Positions 25,534 through 38,900 of a DNA stretch of 64,000 nt are shown piece by piece (position 1 is the first letter of the stretch; every line of letters starts with the position of its first letter). Location: contig OZ374559.1 of the NCBI GenBank assembly GCA_977862235.1, forward strand, positions 930,001-994,000. Reading direction: 5' to 3'. A program made the translations under genes and the position numbers. The notes beneath the pieces are model-generated. The model was not told the DNA's origin. It made no database searches and worked only from the letters and a program-made list of their open reading frames with translations. The stretch is from Dudresnaya verticillata. Its lineage: Eukaryota.

Positions 25534-27600
25534 TTTGTAGAGGTAGTTGGTGATGATGCGGGGTTGGTGGTGGGTGTTGCAGTAGGAGGTCCGGGGCCCG
25601 GGCATGAGCTATGTGGTGCGATATGTCCTGTGCGTTGGGTATTCAATTCGGGTGAGGTGGAAGATGAGAGATATTTTTCAGATTTTTCAGATACAATATC
25701 TGGACCGCATTCTGACACGTAGAACAGCAACGGCCTTCCGTAATGACGGTACCCTAGATGACAGATCATTTTATGTCATCCATGCATGTGACAGACCACA
25801 GTCCGCCAGCCACGTTTCGTAAATTCGATCACACTATGTGACCTACTATTTTCTGTATTGTGCCACAGATGCCTGATATATATCTGTCGTAAATGACAGG
25901 ATATATGATAGCTATCGTAAATGACAGAAAACATTCGATCACCGTAGAAGGTGACGGGCCTTGGCCTGTCATTTAGTATACCAATGGATATATCCATCCT
26001 ATGTGACCGTATGATTGCATATGCAATATGCTTGCTGTGAATTAGGTACCTAGGCGTATAGGCCCCTAGGGGCTTTAGTAATAGCTACTTTGGGACAAAC
26101 CGCAACTGCAGTTGCATGTAGCTATGCTGTGAGGCAGATGATTCACAGAGCATCCCGTACATAGCTTCTAAATGTACAGGGAATGTGCACGTTCCGTTCA
26201 GATTTGCTAAGTCGAACATGTTCAACCTAGCCAGCCTGAAGCCTATATGCTACTAAGTGGCAAGCTTGCCACTTGGTGCTAAATACACAGGTTGGCTGCA
26301 GTAATCAAACTTAATAGTACGCAGCTGTTTGTATTCGAATAGATCACATCCATTGATAAATAAGATCGTATGCTATAGCGCTGTGGACATTGAAATATTC
26401 CGTCCGGTGTTGTGTGCCGGTGTGCAAGTGTTGGACTATCGTTGGAACTAGCACACTGAGGTCGATCAGGAGCTATTAATTCCCCTTCTGCACTTATTTT
26501 CTCGGCTATGTCCCTTCGTGGTAGCTAGCCGTTCTCTCTCTTCTATTCCTTATGAAACCATAGAATTGACGATAAAGAGTCGTTGATTTTTGCATCCCAA
26601 CACGCAATCTTGTACATCATTTCGAGTTTAGCAATGTCTAATTCTACACTAGCATTGCCCGAACCCGGTTATCTCCGAACCAGTGCCGGAACTGTCGGCC
26701 GACCGGCCGGTCGTATCGTTCCCGTGCTATGGTGCTGCAGCTCATATATCCGTATCCATATATCTAGCGGTTATCAAATCCAGCGGATATCATTTCTTGC
26801 GGATTCTTGTGCGCCAAAAAGACTGTGCGCAGACATTGAACACAAACACGTTGAAATAATACCTCCGGTTATCACGGTTGGAAGGTAAACGCCTTTTTGG
26901 CATTGGCCGTTGATGGCTGGTTAGCCACTTGTAGAAAATCTCTCGAGACGCCATTTGTGTTTTCCAACCGCCGCTGCGCGATAACCGCGCTGCACACACA
27001 CATACCCGCCTGCGTGAATTTGTGGCTGTTGTGTCCGTATGGACATGGCTATCTGCGTATATCCCACGATGTCTAACGAACAATTGTACCAAAGCGATTG
27101 CAGTGCTATGATTGCAGTCATATGACCGACTATATTACATCGTCTGCTGATATGCCCGCTTCAGAACTATCACATGGCGAAATTAGATATATATTTATAG
27201 ATTAATTTTTGATTGCTCCGTCTCAAACGGATACCGCTCGAGCGGCTGATCAACCGCTTCCTTCCGTTCACTATACTTTACCTGTACTTCGGTACTGGTG
27301 TACCGTTCACAAACACTGTTATAGCAGTCATGTTATGGATGTATACGCGCAGAACTCTTCACGGTCAACAGTTCGAAACGGTGCATATTGCCGACGTGAA
27401 AGATGTGTTATGCGCGCTGTCGCGACAGTCATGGCTAGCACTAGGCGGTATCGCACTAGGTAACCTAAGGCGGTTGTTTCACATAGAACAGTATAAAGTT
27501 CTATTCACTGCTCGAACACATGGCATGTTGTTTGAGAATACCCCTTCTGCAAGTATCTGCTGCTTGCTGCACCCCCTCCGTGTCGCTATTGTGAATAAAC

Positions 27601-30213
27601 ATGGGAGTTATTGTGGTCAACGATTCCTCTCCCTCTACTTCCCGTCCTCATTCTCCTATTGCGAGCTCGCGGAACTCGCGGGAAGGCTTTCTTGCCACAC
27701 TACTGAATGCCACTTCGTGCCAATCCAAAGATGGTTCCAAAGATGACGACAGAACAATCACTCACAGTTTCTCTTCTGTTGAACAACGCATCAAACGTAC
27801 TAGTATTGGGGCGAAACCGTGCCGAAACATTTCTCCAGTGGAAAAATACATCGCAGCAAAGCTCTTCCAGTTTGAAGAAAGCGAAAAGAAGTATCGCATC
27901 TCGAAGAAAATTTATGCAGAAGCTGTTGTAGTTGCACCGTCTCCTCCCGCATATTTCCCGGTTTGTCCAGGAGGTTTTGCTACTTTCTGCTCTCTAGAAG
28001 GCTACGACGTCGATATTCCAGGCTTCATCGAGGGTTCTTCGTAATTAGCTCAGAGGGAAAGTTGATCGGAAATCTTCCGTCATCCTTTGCGAAAACAGAT
28101 TTGAGGTGTCCCGTCGGACATTCATATGCTCAGGAATCAAGTGTTTTCAGTACACTGAAGAGCGCTGCAGCATTCCGCACAGTGGGCTTTGGAAGAATGA
28201 GGCAGAAGACATCACTGATGACCGCGACAATCCTACCTGTGAAGAGATGGAGATGGAACTTGCTCGCCAAGTTTTCTTCTTCGCCCAAGACAGCTTCCCA
28301 CTGGCTTGAAAACATTTACAGAGTCGCAAAGGCTTTTTCGATCAGTTGCAAACCCGAGAAATGTCATATAATCGACAAAACTGAGTTCCGAACTGGCTGC
28401 TCAAGGTTGGAAAGAACGTTGGTCATGAACTTGGTAGGTCATCTTCAAAGTTGCCAGACTTCATTGGGTGCGCTGAATTTGGGAGACCAGGAGTGGTGGA
28501 TTCAAGAAAGTGTACGCTGGTAAAGCTTCGACTGCAGGGTGCAAACCCTGATCTCGTCGATATGCTCCGAAGAGACGCAGAGAATAGTATCTTTCCGGTA
28601 TCTAAACAGTCAAGAGGGAGGTGTCCACCTTTGAAGGCAAGGTACCCTGGCAAATTCTGCCCTAGTCCAATTCACGGCCAAGAATCTCCTAAAGTCATTA
28701 GGCTGAAGTGTGCTGCTGTATACCATTACCTGTTCCACAGTAGCGAGGATGGGAGCTTGTTATGGGTTATCGTTGTCGGAATTGAGACGCATCTACATAC
28801 ATGGCCGAAAGCAACCCCTTCTCCGAGATTGATCAAACACTTTGTTGAGAGTCAATGTTCACAAAATCCAAAGATGACAAGTCGGGCTCTTGCAATCAGT
28901 GTTGAAGAAAGATTCAAGCTAAAGGTTCCTCTCAACACAATACAGAAGCTACGAAATCAGTTCTGTAGAGAGATGTATCCATTTGGGCGCTCGCTTCATG
29001 CGCTGATCGCAATTTATCGGGCAAGATGTGGAAATGATGGAAACAATTACGTCATTTCAATTGCTGATCATAGATTACAAGACGAACGGAGACAAGTGCA
29101 TGATCAGGAAGGGGTTTCTATTCTCATGGTAAACGAGGAGCTACTGAAAACTGCTGTTAAGATGCCTCGGTTGGGATGTGATGGAACCTTTGGTATCCTC
29201 AGTTCTTACGATCAAGATCTGAATTTCGAGCTCAACACGATTGTCGCCAAGGATGATAAGACTGGAAAGGTATTCGGAGTCATGAGGCAGCTCTGCTCCA
29301 GAAAGACGGTGGCGGCAAGGAAGATTTTGTTCAAAGAACTGGTTTCGAGGCTCGTTCTTTTGGGCTTGAAGGAACTTCTCTCGGCTCCGATTGGTAAGCG
29401 AATGACCATGGCGACAGACTTTGAAACAACTTATGAATTTTCGTTAGGCGTGCATTGGCAGAAGAATTTCGGTCAGGTTCGGACATGGAATATGTTCAAG
29501 CCGTTTGCTTCGGATGAGATGTGCACGCAAAGCGGTTAGTAATGGAGAAGTGCGACATTTCTCAGGACCCATCTCTTTTCAGTTTGGCAGTGGGAACGAG
29601 GAATGTCTTAGAAGCGGCCAAAGTGGATGAGGCATTGCGTGTCATGACTGGGATGGGTGGCAAGTCGGAGTCTTTCGCACAATAGCTGATGAATGAAAAA
29701 GTTGCTTCGTGTCTTTGGTTTCACCGGTACTACTCAAATAAGAACCCTGCAGAGCTATCAAGCTCTGTCTTCTGGGACACAAATCCCAACGAGGCCATGA
29801 ATGCTCGGATCAAAGGCTTACCCAGCTATCTTCAGACCAATCGTAGAGGTCTGGACCTGGTAGAGGCAGTGAATGAGTTAAAAGTAATGGACGATGGGGA
29901 TGCCAGAAACATAGCGGCTTTTGCTCCAACTCAAGGGATACAGTACTTCTCGGAACCGGACTGGAAGAGATCTCAAGCAAAAGCAAGGAAAAGGAACTTC
30001 GACGATGTAATAGTGACCGATGATGAATTTGTTCCCGCGTCACAGCCGAAGAAATATCGGAAGGCTTCCAAGAACGGTACAGATAGTTCGAGGCCAAGAA
30101 CTAGGCATACTGTGCTGGCATCTGCAGAGAAGGTTGATACTCTCACAAGGAAGACAGAAGAACTCACTTCTCTAGTGGAGAAACTCATAGCATCCCAGAG
30201 CAATAAAACATGA
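27601..30213 (+). mobile_element. Degenerate Mutator-like (MULE) DDE transposase
   Basis: C...HLH zinc motif, CDGTF, MATDFE, a frameshifted C/H motif near 29510-29527, DTNPNEAMN. Several frameshifts and stops. No TIRs identified. Confidence 0.7.
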
Positions 30214-31166
30214 TCGGCGTGAATGGGCCATATCATGAAATGACGGAAAAAGCGGTCATTTTCGCCTATGAGTCTCAGTCTCAGGAATATGTCATGACTG
30301 CTTGGTCTCGATGACATGAGCCGTAGTCACTCGCGCTTAATTGAAATATGGAACTGAATGACAAAAGAAGCATTTATCCTCAGATGGTGCTCAACGCCAA
30401 TAGCACTGAGTCAACAAATACTGCAGTATGCGTGCAGTATGCGCGATATCTCGCATACGTATCTGGTGCTTGTATTTGTCTGCAGACACATGTAAATGTA
30501 TCATTGGCATATTGGCAAATGAGGGCTCAGGTGTAGTAGAATGACTTCTAAGTCAACGAGGAGAGCAACACAAAAAGACAGCTGTCTTAGAAGACACTCC
30601 ACTGTGTGGAAGGTAGCTCGGTAAAAGGGGTTGGTAGAGACTTGATAGGGCTTAAAGCCCTAAGAAGAGGGGAAAAAGGAAGGCGAACTCAGCCGTGTAG
30701 AGCAGTTCGTCGTAGACGACGGGGCTTGTAGACGCCCAAAGGGGGTTTGTAGCGGTAGCACTGTAAGTATCCAAAAAGGGGAAAACCCAAGGCACAGACC
30801 GCTGCCGGTTTAGTGCCGGGCCCCTGCTACTCAGGGGCCCCATAAATACAGAGAGAGCCGAAAAGGTGCTACTCGCTCAGCTAGAGCTCTATTGCTAATA
30901 ATTAGCTAATACTGTACAATACAGGTATGATATTTCCTTAGATAGGAATGACTGGTCTGGCCACAAGGCGAGCGCGGTGCCACTGTCAGGCGCCGCGGGG
31001 CAAACATCCGCCAGCAATGCAGGGCGCGATGATGCGGTCATAGTTAATCCCCAAATGGCATAGCGCCATCTCACCCGGAGCAGTTCGCCTTACAGATTAA
31101 AGCTGTACACGTGTTGCCTTACAGCGCAGGGGCGCTTCAGCAATTAAATCAATCTGTAAGCCAGCC

Positions 31167-32009
31167 TGTGGTATAGACACTATCCGTGAAACGACTCCGT
31201 GGCCTACGTGAAAATAATCAAGAAATACGAATTTCGAAATGACTCCGTGAATGCGCACGCCACGATGGCAAACGTATTACAGTGCGGATACTGTGCGCGC
31301 GCCACAATGGCATTCGCATTACAGCACGCACGTGATACGAAATCGCTGACACCTCCGGGCGAATCCCGAGCCGACTTCGTGATCGCGCGCGCCACGATGG
31401 CATTCGCATTACAGTGCTCACCTGATACGAAATCGCTGACACCTTCGCGACTTTCCCGTTGTTTCCCGCGCATAACGGCACCGGGGCCCACGAGACACGC
31501 GCACCTCCGTATGCATCGCTGGCGCACTTCGCAACCGCCACCATACGTGAGGCGACCGTTCGTTGGCACCGAGGCCGTTACGAATCATTCGAGTACGAAC
31601 CGTCTCCCGCGTTGACGTGCATTCGTGCTCACGTAGTATTACTTAGCCAGTCGTCTGGCACAATCTCCCACGGTTTCCGGTAAGCGACTAGCGCCCGGAC
31701 CTCGGAGTCTTCGGTAGACGCCTGTTTCTTCGAGCTCGGTGTCTTCGTCTTCGTGACCGCAGATCCGGTCGAGCCGCGCTTTCGATAGCCCCGCGCACCC
31801 GGAGTCATCCCCGGTGATCGATCGCTCGAGTTCTCCCTTCCGCACACGAATACGTTGACACCGTGGTCCTTCGTGTTGGTCGCTCCGCTCTACCACGCTA
31901 CCACCCCTTTTCGTTTCTCCGTTAGGCTACGAGGCCATTCGTTAGGCTCCGAGGCCATTCCTTACAGTGCGAGACTTCCCCGCGTCACCGTGGACTTCGT
32001 TATACCACA
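31167..32009 (+). repeat. Left (inverted) LTR of element B, 843 bp
   Basis: Reverse complement of 43090-43932 over its whole length, with a few percent substitutions by eye. Confidence 0.95.
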
Positions 32010-32652
32010 CTGCGAACGTCCCGGTCGCGGGTTACGAATCACGAGTTGGCGTGGCCCGGTTTCCCTCGGTGGAGCGGGGATGGAGCCATCCGAGTGGCGG
32101 CGCGGAGATTGCTTCGAGCTCACGTCGTCGGGCAGCAGTACCTCGGGGCTTACGAATTTGAATTCGGATCACGTGTGCGATGGCGCCTTCGTATTGGCTA
32201 ATCACGAGGATTTTTTTGCGTACGTAGAACGGGCTAGGGCTGCGGCGCCGTCCGTCGACGCGCGCGCACGCGGATCACGGAGACGGGGCGCCAGCCGCGT
32301 GGGTGATTTCAACTTCGTGTTGCGCTGGGTCCGAGCCCCTTGCGCCTTCGGTCAGCGCGCTCACACACAACTCGCTTCAGCTCCTTGGCTTTCGGTCTTC
32401 GCGGTCCGTTTGCTCCTTCGTGTGCGCTGGTGCGTCCTTTCGCGTCTCTTCTCGCATCGTTCGCTCCGCTCCGTGGCGTTCGTGTTGTTGCTTCGTTGGC
32501 CTCGGTGGTTTGCGGTGGTCGGTTACGGGTCGTGGGTCTCGGTGTTGGGGCAAGTGCGGCTGGTCCTCCGTGGATTACGTGAGGGCCTCTTCGAGATTCG
32601 CGTTCGTTCCTCCGTGGGTTTCTGTGCTTTTCGTGACGAGCTTCGTGTAACG

Positions 32653-34598
32653 ATGTCGGACATGGGTCACGAAGAGGGAACCGGGTCCCAGGAAAAACGT
32701 GCGGAGGGCGTTCGTCGCCGCCTCGATGGCGAGCTCGCGGCTGCTACGGCGGGTCAGTTGGCTCCGAAGCCTTCGGATCCTTCTTCGGATGTCACGGGCT
32801 CTTCGGGTGGGGACTCCGAATACGTACCGCGGACTCTCGCGATTCCAGACGTTGTGGATATCGGTGCCTCCAAGTCAGCGGGGATCACGGATCGCGATAG
32901 TCCTTTCGTAAGTTCGGGCGGCTCGAATCCGCAATTCGTGAATCGGGGTTGGCAGCCGAGTTCTTCGTTGGGTCCTCCGAAATTCGGGACAAAGGATGAG
33001 AGTGCTCCGAGGCTTCCGTCTGCGCAGCTGCACTTCGCGTGGGACGCGTTCGCGGTCTCCGGAGTTACTCACGAAGAGGTTGCTGCGTACGATGGCCGTG
33101 TTCGTCCGGATCTCGCTCGTTTTCGTGCACTGTGCGAGGGTCTTGATGATAACGGAGCTGGCGTCTTTCACGTATTCTGGCCCCGTGGCCCCGTGTATCC
33201 GACTCCGATGGGTCTTCCGTGCGACGTCTCCTACGTGACCACGGTCGACGAGGTTGCTTATGTAGATGCATGCGCGCACGTGCTCCTGGCGCCGGGTGCG
33301 GGTATCTCCGTGGACTCTCCAGTGGCTGCGATTACTCGCTTGCGTGATTACCCGGAGTTCGAGTCCGCCGCGGGAAACGTATGGCGTCACGTAGACTCGA
33401 TTTCGCGCATCCTCGGAGTGCACATCGGTGCCGGAGACTGGGCACTATTCCGTGGCGCGGGCTCGATGCCTGATCGCGTGGATACGAATTCGCGTCTCGA
33501 TGACCGCGTGCCTCTGAGCATGTTTGCGAGTTCGTTCTGGCTCGATGCTTCGTGTATTCGGGCCCCCGCGGCCTTTGTCGTGCCACCTCCGAGGGTGATT
33601 CGTTATTTCGGGCTCGTGGTCGACCTGTTCGCGGAACCTACGAAGAAGTGCTTCGTGCGTTTCCGGGATTCCGAACATCGCTTCGAGCTTGGTCGCGCGT
33701 TGATTTCGGATGTCACGCAGCGTCAATGCGTATGGGTACTCGATGCTTCGTTGCGTAGTTTCGTTCGTGATCGTTGGTCGAAGTCGTTCTCCGAGGATGG
33801 CGGGTATCCGGATCTTTCGCTCCGGGGCTCGGATCGCACGATGCCATTCACGAAGATACTCGCGATCGCCATCGAGGATGCGGATCGGAGGGAGCTCCAG
33901 TCGACTCGTCGCGATTTTCCGACGGGACAGTGGTCCCATGTGTTCAGACCCGACGTGGGCTCCGGGGCCTGGTTCGATTGGCGCCACAACCGTCCGTCAC
34001 GAGGAGGGCGCGGTCCGCGAGTTGATCCGTTTTCGCATACGAGTGCCGCGGTTTGTGCCATCGGGGGCGAAGTGGGTCCGTTGCCGCGCGTTCCTCGTTC
34101 TGTAGCTCCGGTTCCTTCGTCGTTGCTGACTCCGGGGTCATCTCTTGGCACCGGGGCTGTCGCGTTGGTGCCGAGCGCTTCGGGTCTTCGATCGCGAGTC
34201 TCGAGATGCGCTGTCCTACGGATATTCGCAGTCTCGACTCCGTGAGCGATGCGTGTCGCGAAGCGGGTATCTCCCCCTATGGGACTCTTCGACAACTGCT
34301 GGAAGATCTCGGCGGAAGTTTCCTTCGCGCGGTTACAGAGGTGATTCGCCTTCGTAGGCAGCTTCGTGATCGGGATGCGGAGATAACGGACCTTCGTCAT
34401 CGTATTCGGGACCTCGAGTTGAGCGGTAAGCGTCGGCGCGAAGATTACGGTTACCCGAGTTACGATGCTCCGCGTTACGGGTCTGGCTCCGGAGGCCCTT
34501 CGGGCTTCGGACCCAGCGGTGGCGACGGTTACGATGGTCACCGCGGACAATCGCAGACATCGGATCCGTATGCGCCGAACTTCCTTCGCGTGACTTGA
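32653..34598 (+). pseudogene. Antisense accessory ORF of element B (one frameshift near 34150-34200), with C-terminal coiled coil and Gly/Tyr-rich tail
   Basis: ATG at 32653 within ORF 31855-34245, continued by ORF 34053-34598 (EVIRLRRQLRDRDAEITDLRHRIRDLE, GKRRR). AATAAA at 34991. Confidence 0.7.
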
Positions 34599-35949
34599 GA
34601 TGAAAACGGGAACGATCCTCGTGATAACCCGCCTTACGACTCCGCAAACCCGTATGGTCGCTCGTAATTGTACGTAGTGTGAGCACCGAGTCTTTCTCTT
34701 TTAGCTTCGTAGCTGCGTGGTTTCTCCTTTTCGGTATCGAGCTCCTTGTTCTCGGAGCTCGCGGTGGCGGGGTCTCGGTCTTGTGGTATCGTCTCGAGTA
34801 AACGTTTTTCTTTTTCGACTCTTCTTTGCCTCGTAGTGATAGTCACGTAGTTGTCAGCATCGTAGCTTTAACTTCGTAGCTTCTCGCAAACGAGCTTCGT
34901 GCTCAAGTGTGTGAATCTGGAACTTGTTCGTGGCGCGGCTTCATTTTTCTCGACTCCGTGGCCTACGTGATGCGTGTGACGTCGATTACTAATAAAATTA
35001 CGTGTGTTTCCTTCGCGGAGTTGAGTCATCGAGACTTCGTGAGATATGCGTGCACGGTCCCCTCCTCAAGACGAAGGTGTCCGCGCCAACGTGCTTGGGG
35101 GGTGGGTTGCGGATACGCGCTCCTCGGAGAGTTGTGCGGGTGCTGCGAGGACCGCGCAGGGCATGTCGCGTGAGCTCCGGGGCTGTGGCGGGCGAGCTGC
35201 TTCGGGGGCGCATCGGTGCGGGCGGAACGTTTTCGTAATGGGGCGCTGAGGCCATGCGAGAGACTCCGTGGTCGTTGCGAAGGTGCGTCGTAACAGGTGA
35301 GCTCCGTGTCGCAAGTGAGGCGCGGGTTGCGAAGTAGAAGTGCGCGTTGCGGGTGGCATCGGCCTTGAAGTATGACATCAGGCGTGTATGAAAAGTTGCG
35401 TATAGTTCACCGTGTCCGTCCGTCGCGGTGTCAGCTCCTGTAATGCGAGTGCCGCGGTGCAACCTTGTGCGCGGATGAGCCAGTGTCGAATATCACGAAG
35501 CTCGTGGGACGCAGTGTGTGTCCACCGCCGCAGCGGTGGGGGCGCCCGTCGCGATACCGGGGGACGCTTCCGACTGCGTAAGAAGCGACTTCGTGTGGGC
35601 ATCGTGGCGGACGAATCGGTGAGCGCTTGCGGAAACGGTGATGCGGAGTGGGCTTCGTGATGCCGTCGAGGGCTGCGTTGTGATGTGCGGGGTGGCGGGC
35701 ATCTGCTCCGAGGCATCCGTGTGTGTCGGGGCTGTGGTTCGTGCGCGACGAAGGCGCGTCGTGAAATAAGGAGTCGAGTATCTCGAAGTTGGGCCGCGAG
35801 GTGAGCCGAGCGGCACTGGGCGATCGGATGCTCCGAGGCAATCGAAATGAGCAGCTTCGTAGTCAGCACGTAGTTGGAGAAAGCTGAGTGTGGCTCCGGG
35901 GCCTTTCGAGTGGTGAGCACAGTGCGCCGCGCAATCCGGGTGAGCGGGA

Positions 35950-38900
35950 GCGTTAATCGTGTGACGAATTGCGGAGCACGAAGTCGGGGCCACGGAACCA
36001 CTCGGGGTCCCAGTCGGAGAGCCATTCGTGGGCGAGTAGCACGGGATCACGCGGGTCTGCTTGGATTCGAAGCCTTGCGAAGTAGCGTGAAACGAGTTAT
36101 TTGGGCACGTGCGTACTAAGTTCCCACGTAGGCGTCGCGTAGCCGTCCCACTTGATACAAAACACGAATTTTCCGGCTTCGTCGGTCGAGTGATCGAGGA
36201 TGCGATCGACAACGTATTCGGGCCTTCGGTGACCTTTTCCGCAATGTCTTCGGGTCGCGTAATCGACGGTCGCGAATTCGTATGTGGTGGCGCGTAGATG
36301 CAGCGGTCCGCGGAGACGCGTTCAACGAGACCCTTGCTATCGATCACGAGTGTACGCGTGTCGTTGAAGAGCACTTTGTACGGCCCCTCCGCGGGGGATT
36401 TCAACTTCGGAAGTTTCGTTTTCCCATCGTGGGTATCGAGGTATACGTAGTGTCCGGGTTTGGCGCGGCTCTTCGTGTGGCGGATGCGCTTATCGAAGTC
36501 GCGTTTGTAACGGTTTTGAACTCGCTGTAACGAAGTGCGTGCGGAGTCGATGGCGAAATCGAGTCGCTTAACGAAATCGTTGCGAAGGTCCTCCGTGGGT
36601 TTTGGTCGATGCTTTTGGGAGCGCTGGGTCACAATGAACTCGGGCGGCGGTCGCGATAAAACGAGATTGAACGGAGTTGTCTTCGTAGACCGATGAACGT
36701 GGCAATTGTACGAATACGTTAACGCGGAGACATAGCGGTCCCAATCGTTTTGGTGGTCGTTCACGTAGTTACGAAGCATCACGAGGATAGTGCGGTTATA
36801 GAGTTCGGTTTGTCCATTCGTTTGCGGATGATACGCGGAAGTGAATACGTTCGATAACCCGAGTAAGCGACAGACGCCCTGAAAGAACTTCGAAGTAAAC
36901 TGTTTCCCGTTATCCGAGAGCACCGAGGCTGGCGGTCCATACTTGAATATCCAAACTTCGCAAAAGTAACGGCCACGTGATACGTGGTTATTACTCGTAG
37001 TGTGGCCACCTGGGTCAACTTCGTAAAGCGATCCGTAATCACGAGGATGAACTCGCGTCCGGATTTCGTTCGTGGTAACGGGCCTAAGATGTCAATCGCG
37101 ACCGATTCGAGTGGGCGCGTAGCGGGGAAGAGCTTCAAGCGATGAAGATTTCTTCGGAGACGGATTCGATTCCTTGCGCAATGTTTGCAATTGCGAACCG
37201 TGGATGCGATATCGGCTATCATGTAAGGCCAGTAATACGTTTCACGAAGCGAGTAGAACATACGATTTTGCCCCGGATTGCCAGCGAGTAACGAATGATG
37301 CGCCAGCGTGAGCAAGCGAGGTCGGAGCGTCTCGGGCAATACGATTTGCGTGAGCTTCGGAATCATTGGGTGCGTTCGTCGCAGGAGACCATCTCCATCT
37401 TCGTGAAAGAGACTATCCTTCGTTTTCGATTGTCGTGATTGCACCGTTTGGCAGAACGAATCAATACGTTGTCCTTCGAGGATTTCGGTTACCGTAATCG
37501 GCGCATGTAGGTCCACGGGTTTCACGTCGGTGAGGTCACTCGTTCTTCGTTGGGATCAATTCGATAAAGGTCAAACGGATCATCGTCATCGATATCGTCC
37601 CATAAATCGCAGTCATCGTAGACATCCTTTTGTCCTGCGTATTCATCATGTAGTTCTGCGTCGTGTTCGTGTTCACAGCCTTCGTGGCACGTATGATTGT
37701 GGGGTTCGGAACCCGGGGTGACCGCCGTGGATCGTGGCGTATTGCCTGCGCGGTGTACGCGTTTCGCGGGTGTAGTCTTTCGCGTAGAGTCGTGGCGAAT
37801 CGCGGTGGTCTTCGATTGACGTTTGCGGGAGCGCGTAGTAATGAGAACCGGGTCTCTTTCGTTTTCGATGGTTTTCGTGATGTCGTTGCGGAAACGTTCT
37901 TCGTTCTTCGCTGCGATTTGATCCGAGTCAAACGTAGGTACTTCTTCGTCGATTGCGGGTTGTTCGCGATGCGGAAGTAGCAATCGTGAGAGGGCATCGG
38001 GAATCTGGTGGACGCGACCGGGGCGATATACGATTTCGAAGTCGAATTCGGCTAAGCGAAGCCTCCATCGCGTGAGTCGCCCGGACGAATCGGTAAGGGA
38101 AAGAAGCCATCGGAGCGCATCGTGGTCCGTAAGCACGGTGAGCCGGGTCCCTTCGATATACGGACGCAACAAAGTAACCGCCCATACGACTGCGTAGCAT
38201 TCGCGCTCGGTTGCGGAGTAGTTCTTCTCGGCATCGTTTAACGAATACGACCAGTAGCCCACGGGTTGGAATTCTTCGTTATCTTGCTCCTGTAGCAATG
38301 CGCACCCGAGTTGATACGCAGACGCGTCCGTATCGACAATTTAACGTTTCCCGAGTTGCGGTAACCGGAGTATCGGTGGTGACACGAGCTTCCGTTTGAG
38401 CGTTTCGAATGCGGTAACCTGATCCTCCGTGGATTCTCGTAGCCGGGATCCGCATCCTTTCGCGTCATGTTCGTCAACGGTCGCGCAATTTTCGCGAAGT
38501 CTTTCACGAATCTTCGGTATACGTTACACGCGCCGAGGAACGAACGGACTTGCGTGAGTGTCTTCGGGAACTTCGCGTATCGGAATGCTTCGGAGCTCTT
38601 CTCGGCCATACGCAGCTTCCCCGGGGAAATTACGTGTCCGAGATAGTCGACTCGCTTTCGGAAAAGGAAGCACTTCTTCATCTTGAGCGAAGCGAAACCC
38701 CGGAGTTACGAAGTAGCGTGAAAACTTGATCGAGATGCGCGATGTGTTCACGAAGATTCGCGGAGAAAACGATCACGTCTTCGAGGTAAACGAGACAGCA
38801 CTGCCAACGGACTCCGGATAGAATGATGTCGAGTGCGCGTTGAAACGTAGCAGGCTCGTTTTTCAATCCGAAGGGCATACGAAGATAACGATAAGTTCCG

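Noticed and set aside
25735..30330. ATGAC/GTCAT-rich patches as MULE terminal inverted repeats
   Set aside because: The two patches do not align as an extended inverted repeat and no TSD is visible.
31167..32009. Left LTR as an independent insertion next to a truncated element
   Set aside because: Its own flanks do not match (CAGCC vs CTGCG), while CAGCC recurs after 43932 and the host LTR resumes exactly there.
31855..32652. N-terminal 266 codons of the 796-aa ORF starting inside the LTR
   Set aside because: It starts at a TTG within LTR sequence in a GC-rich, stop-poor tract and has no counterpart in the A or C proteins. It is treated as leader, although an in-frame ATG exists at 32080.
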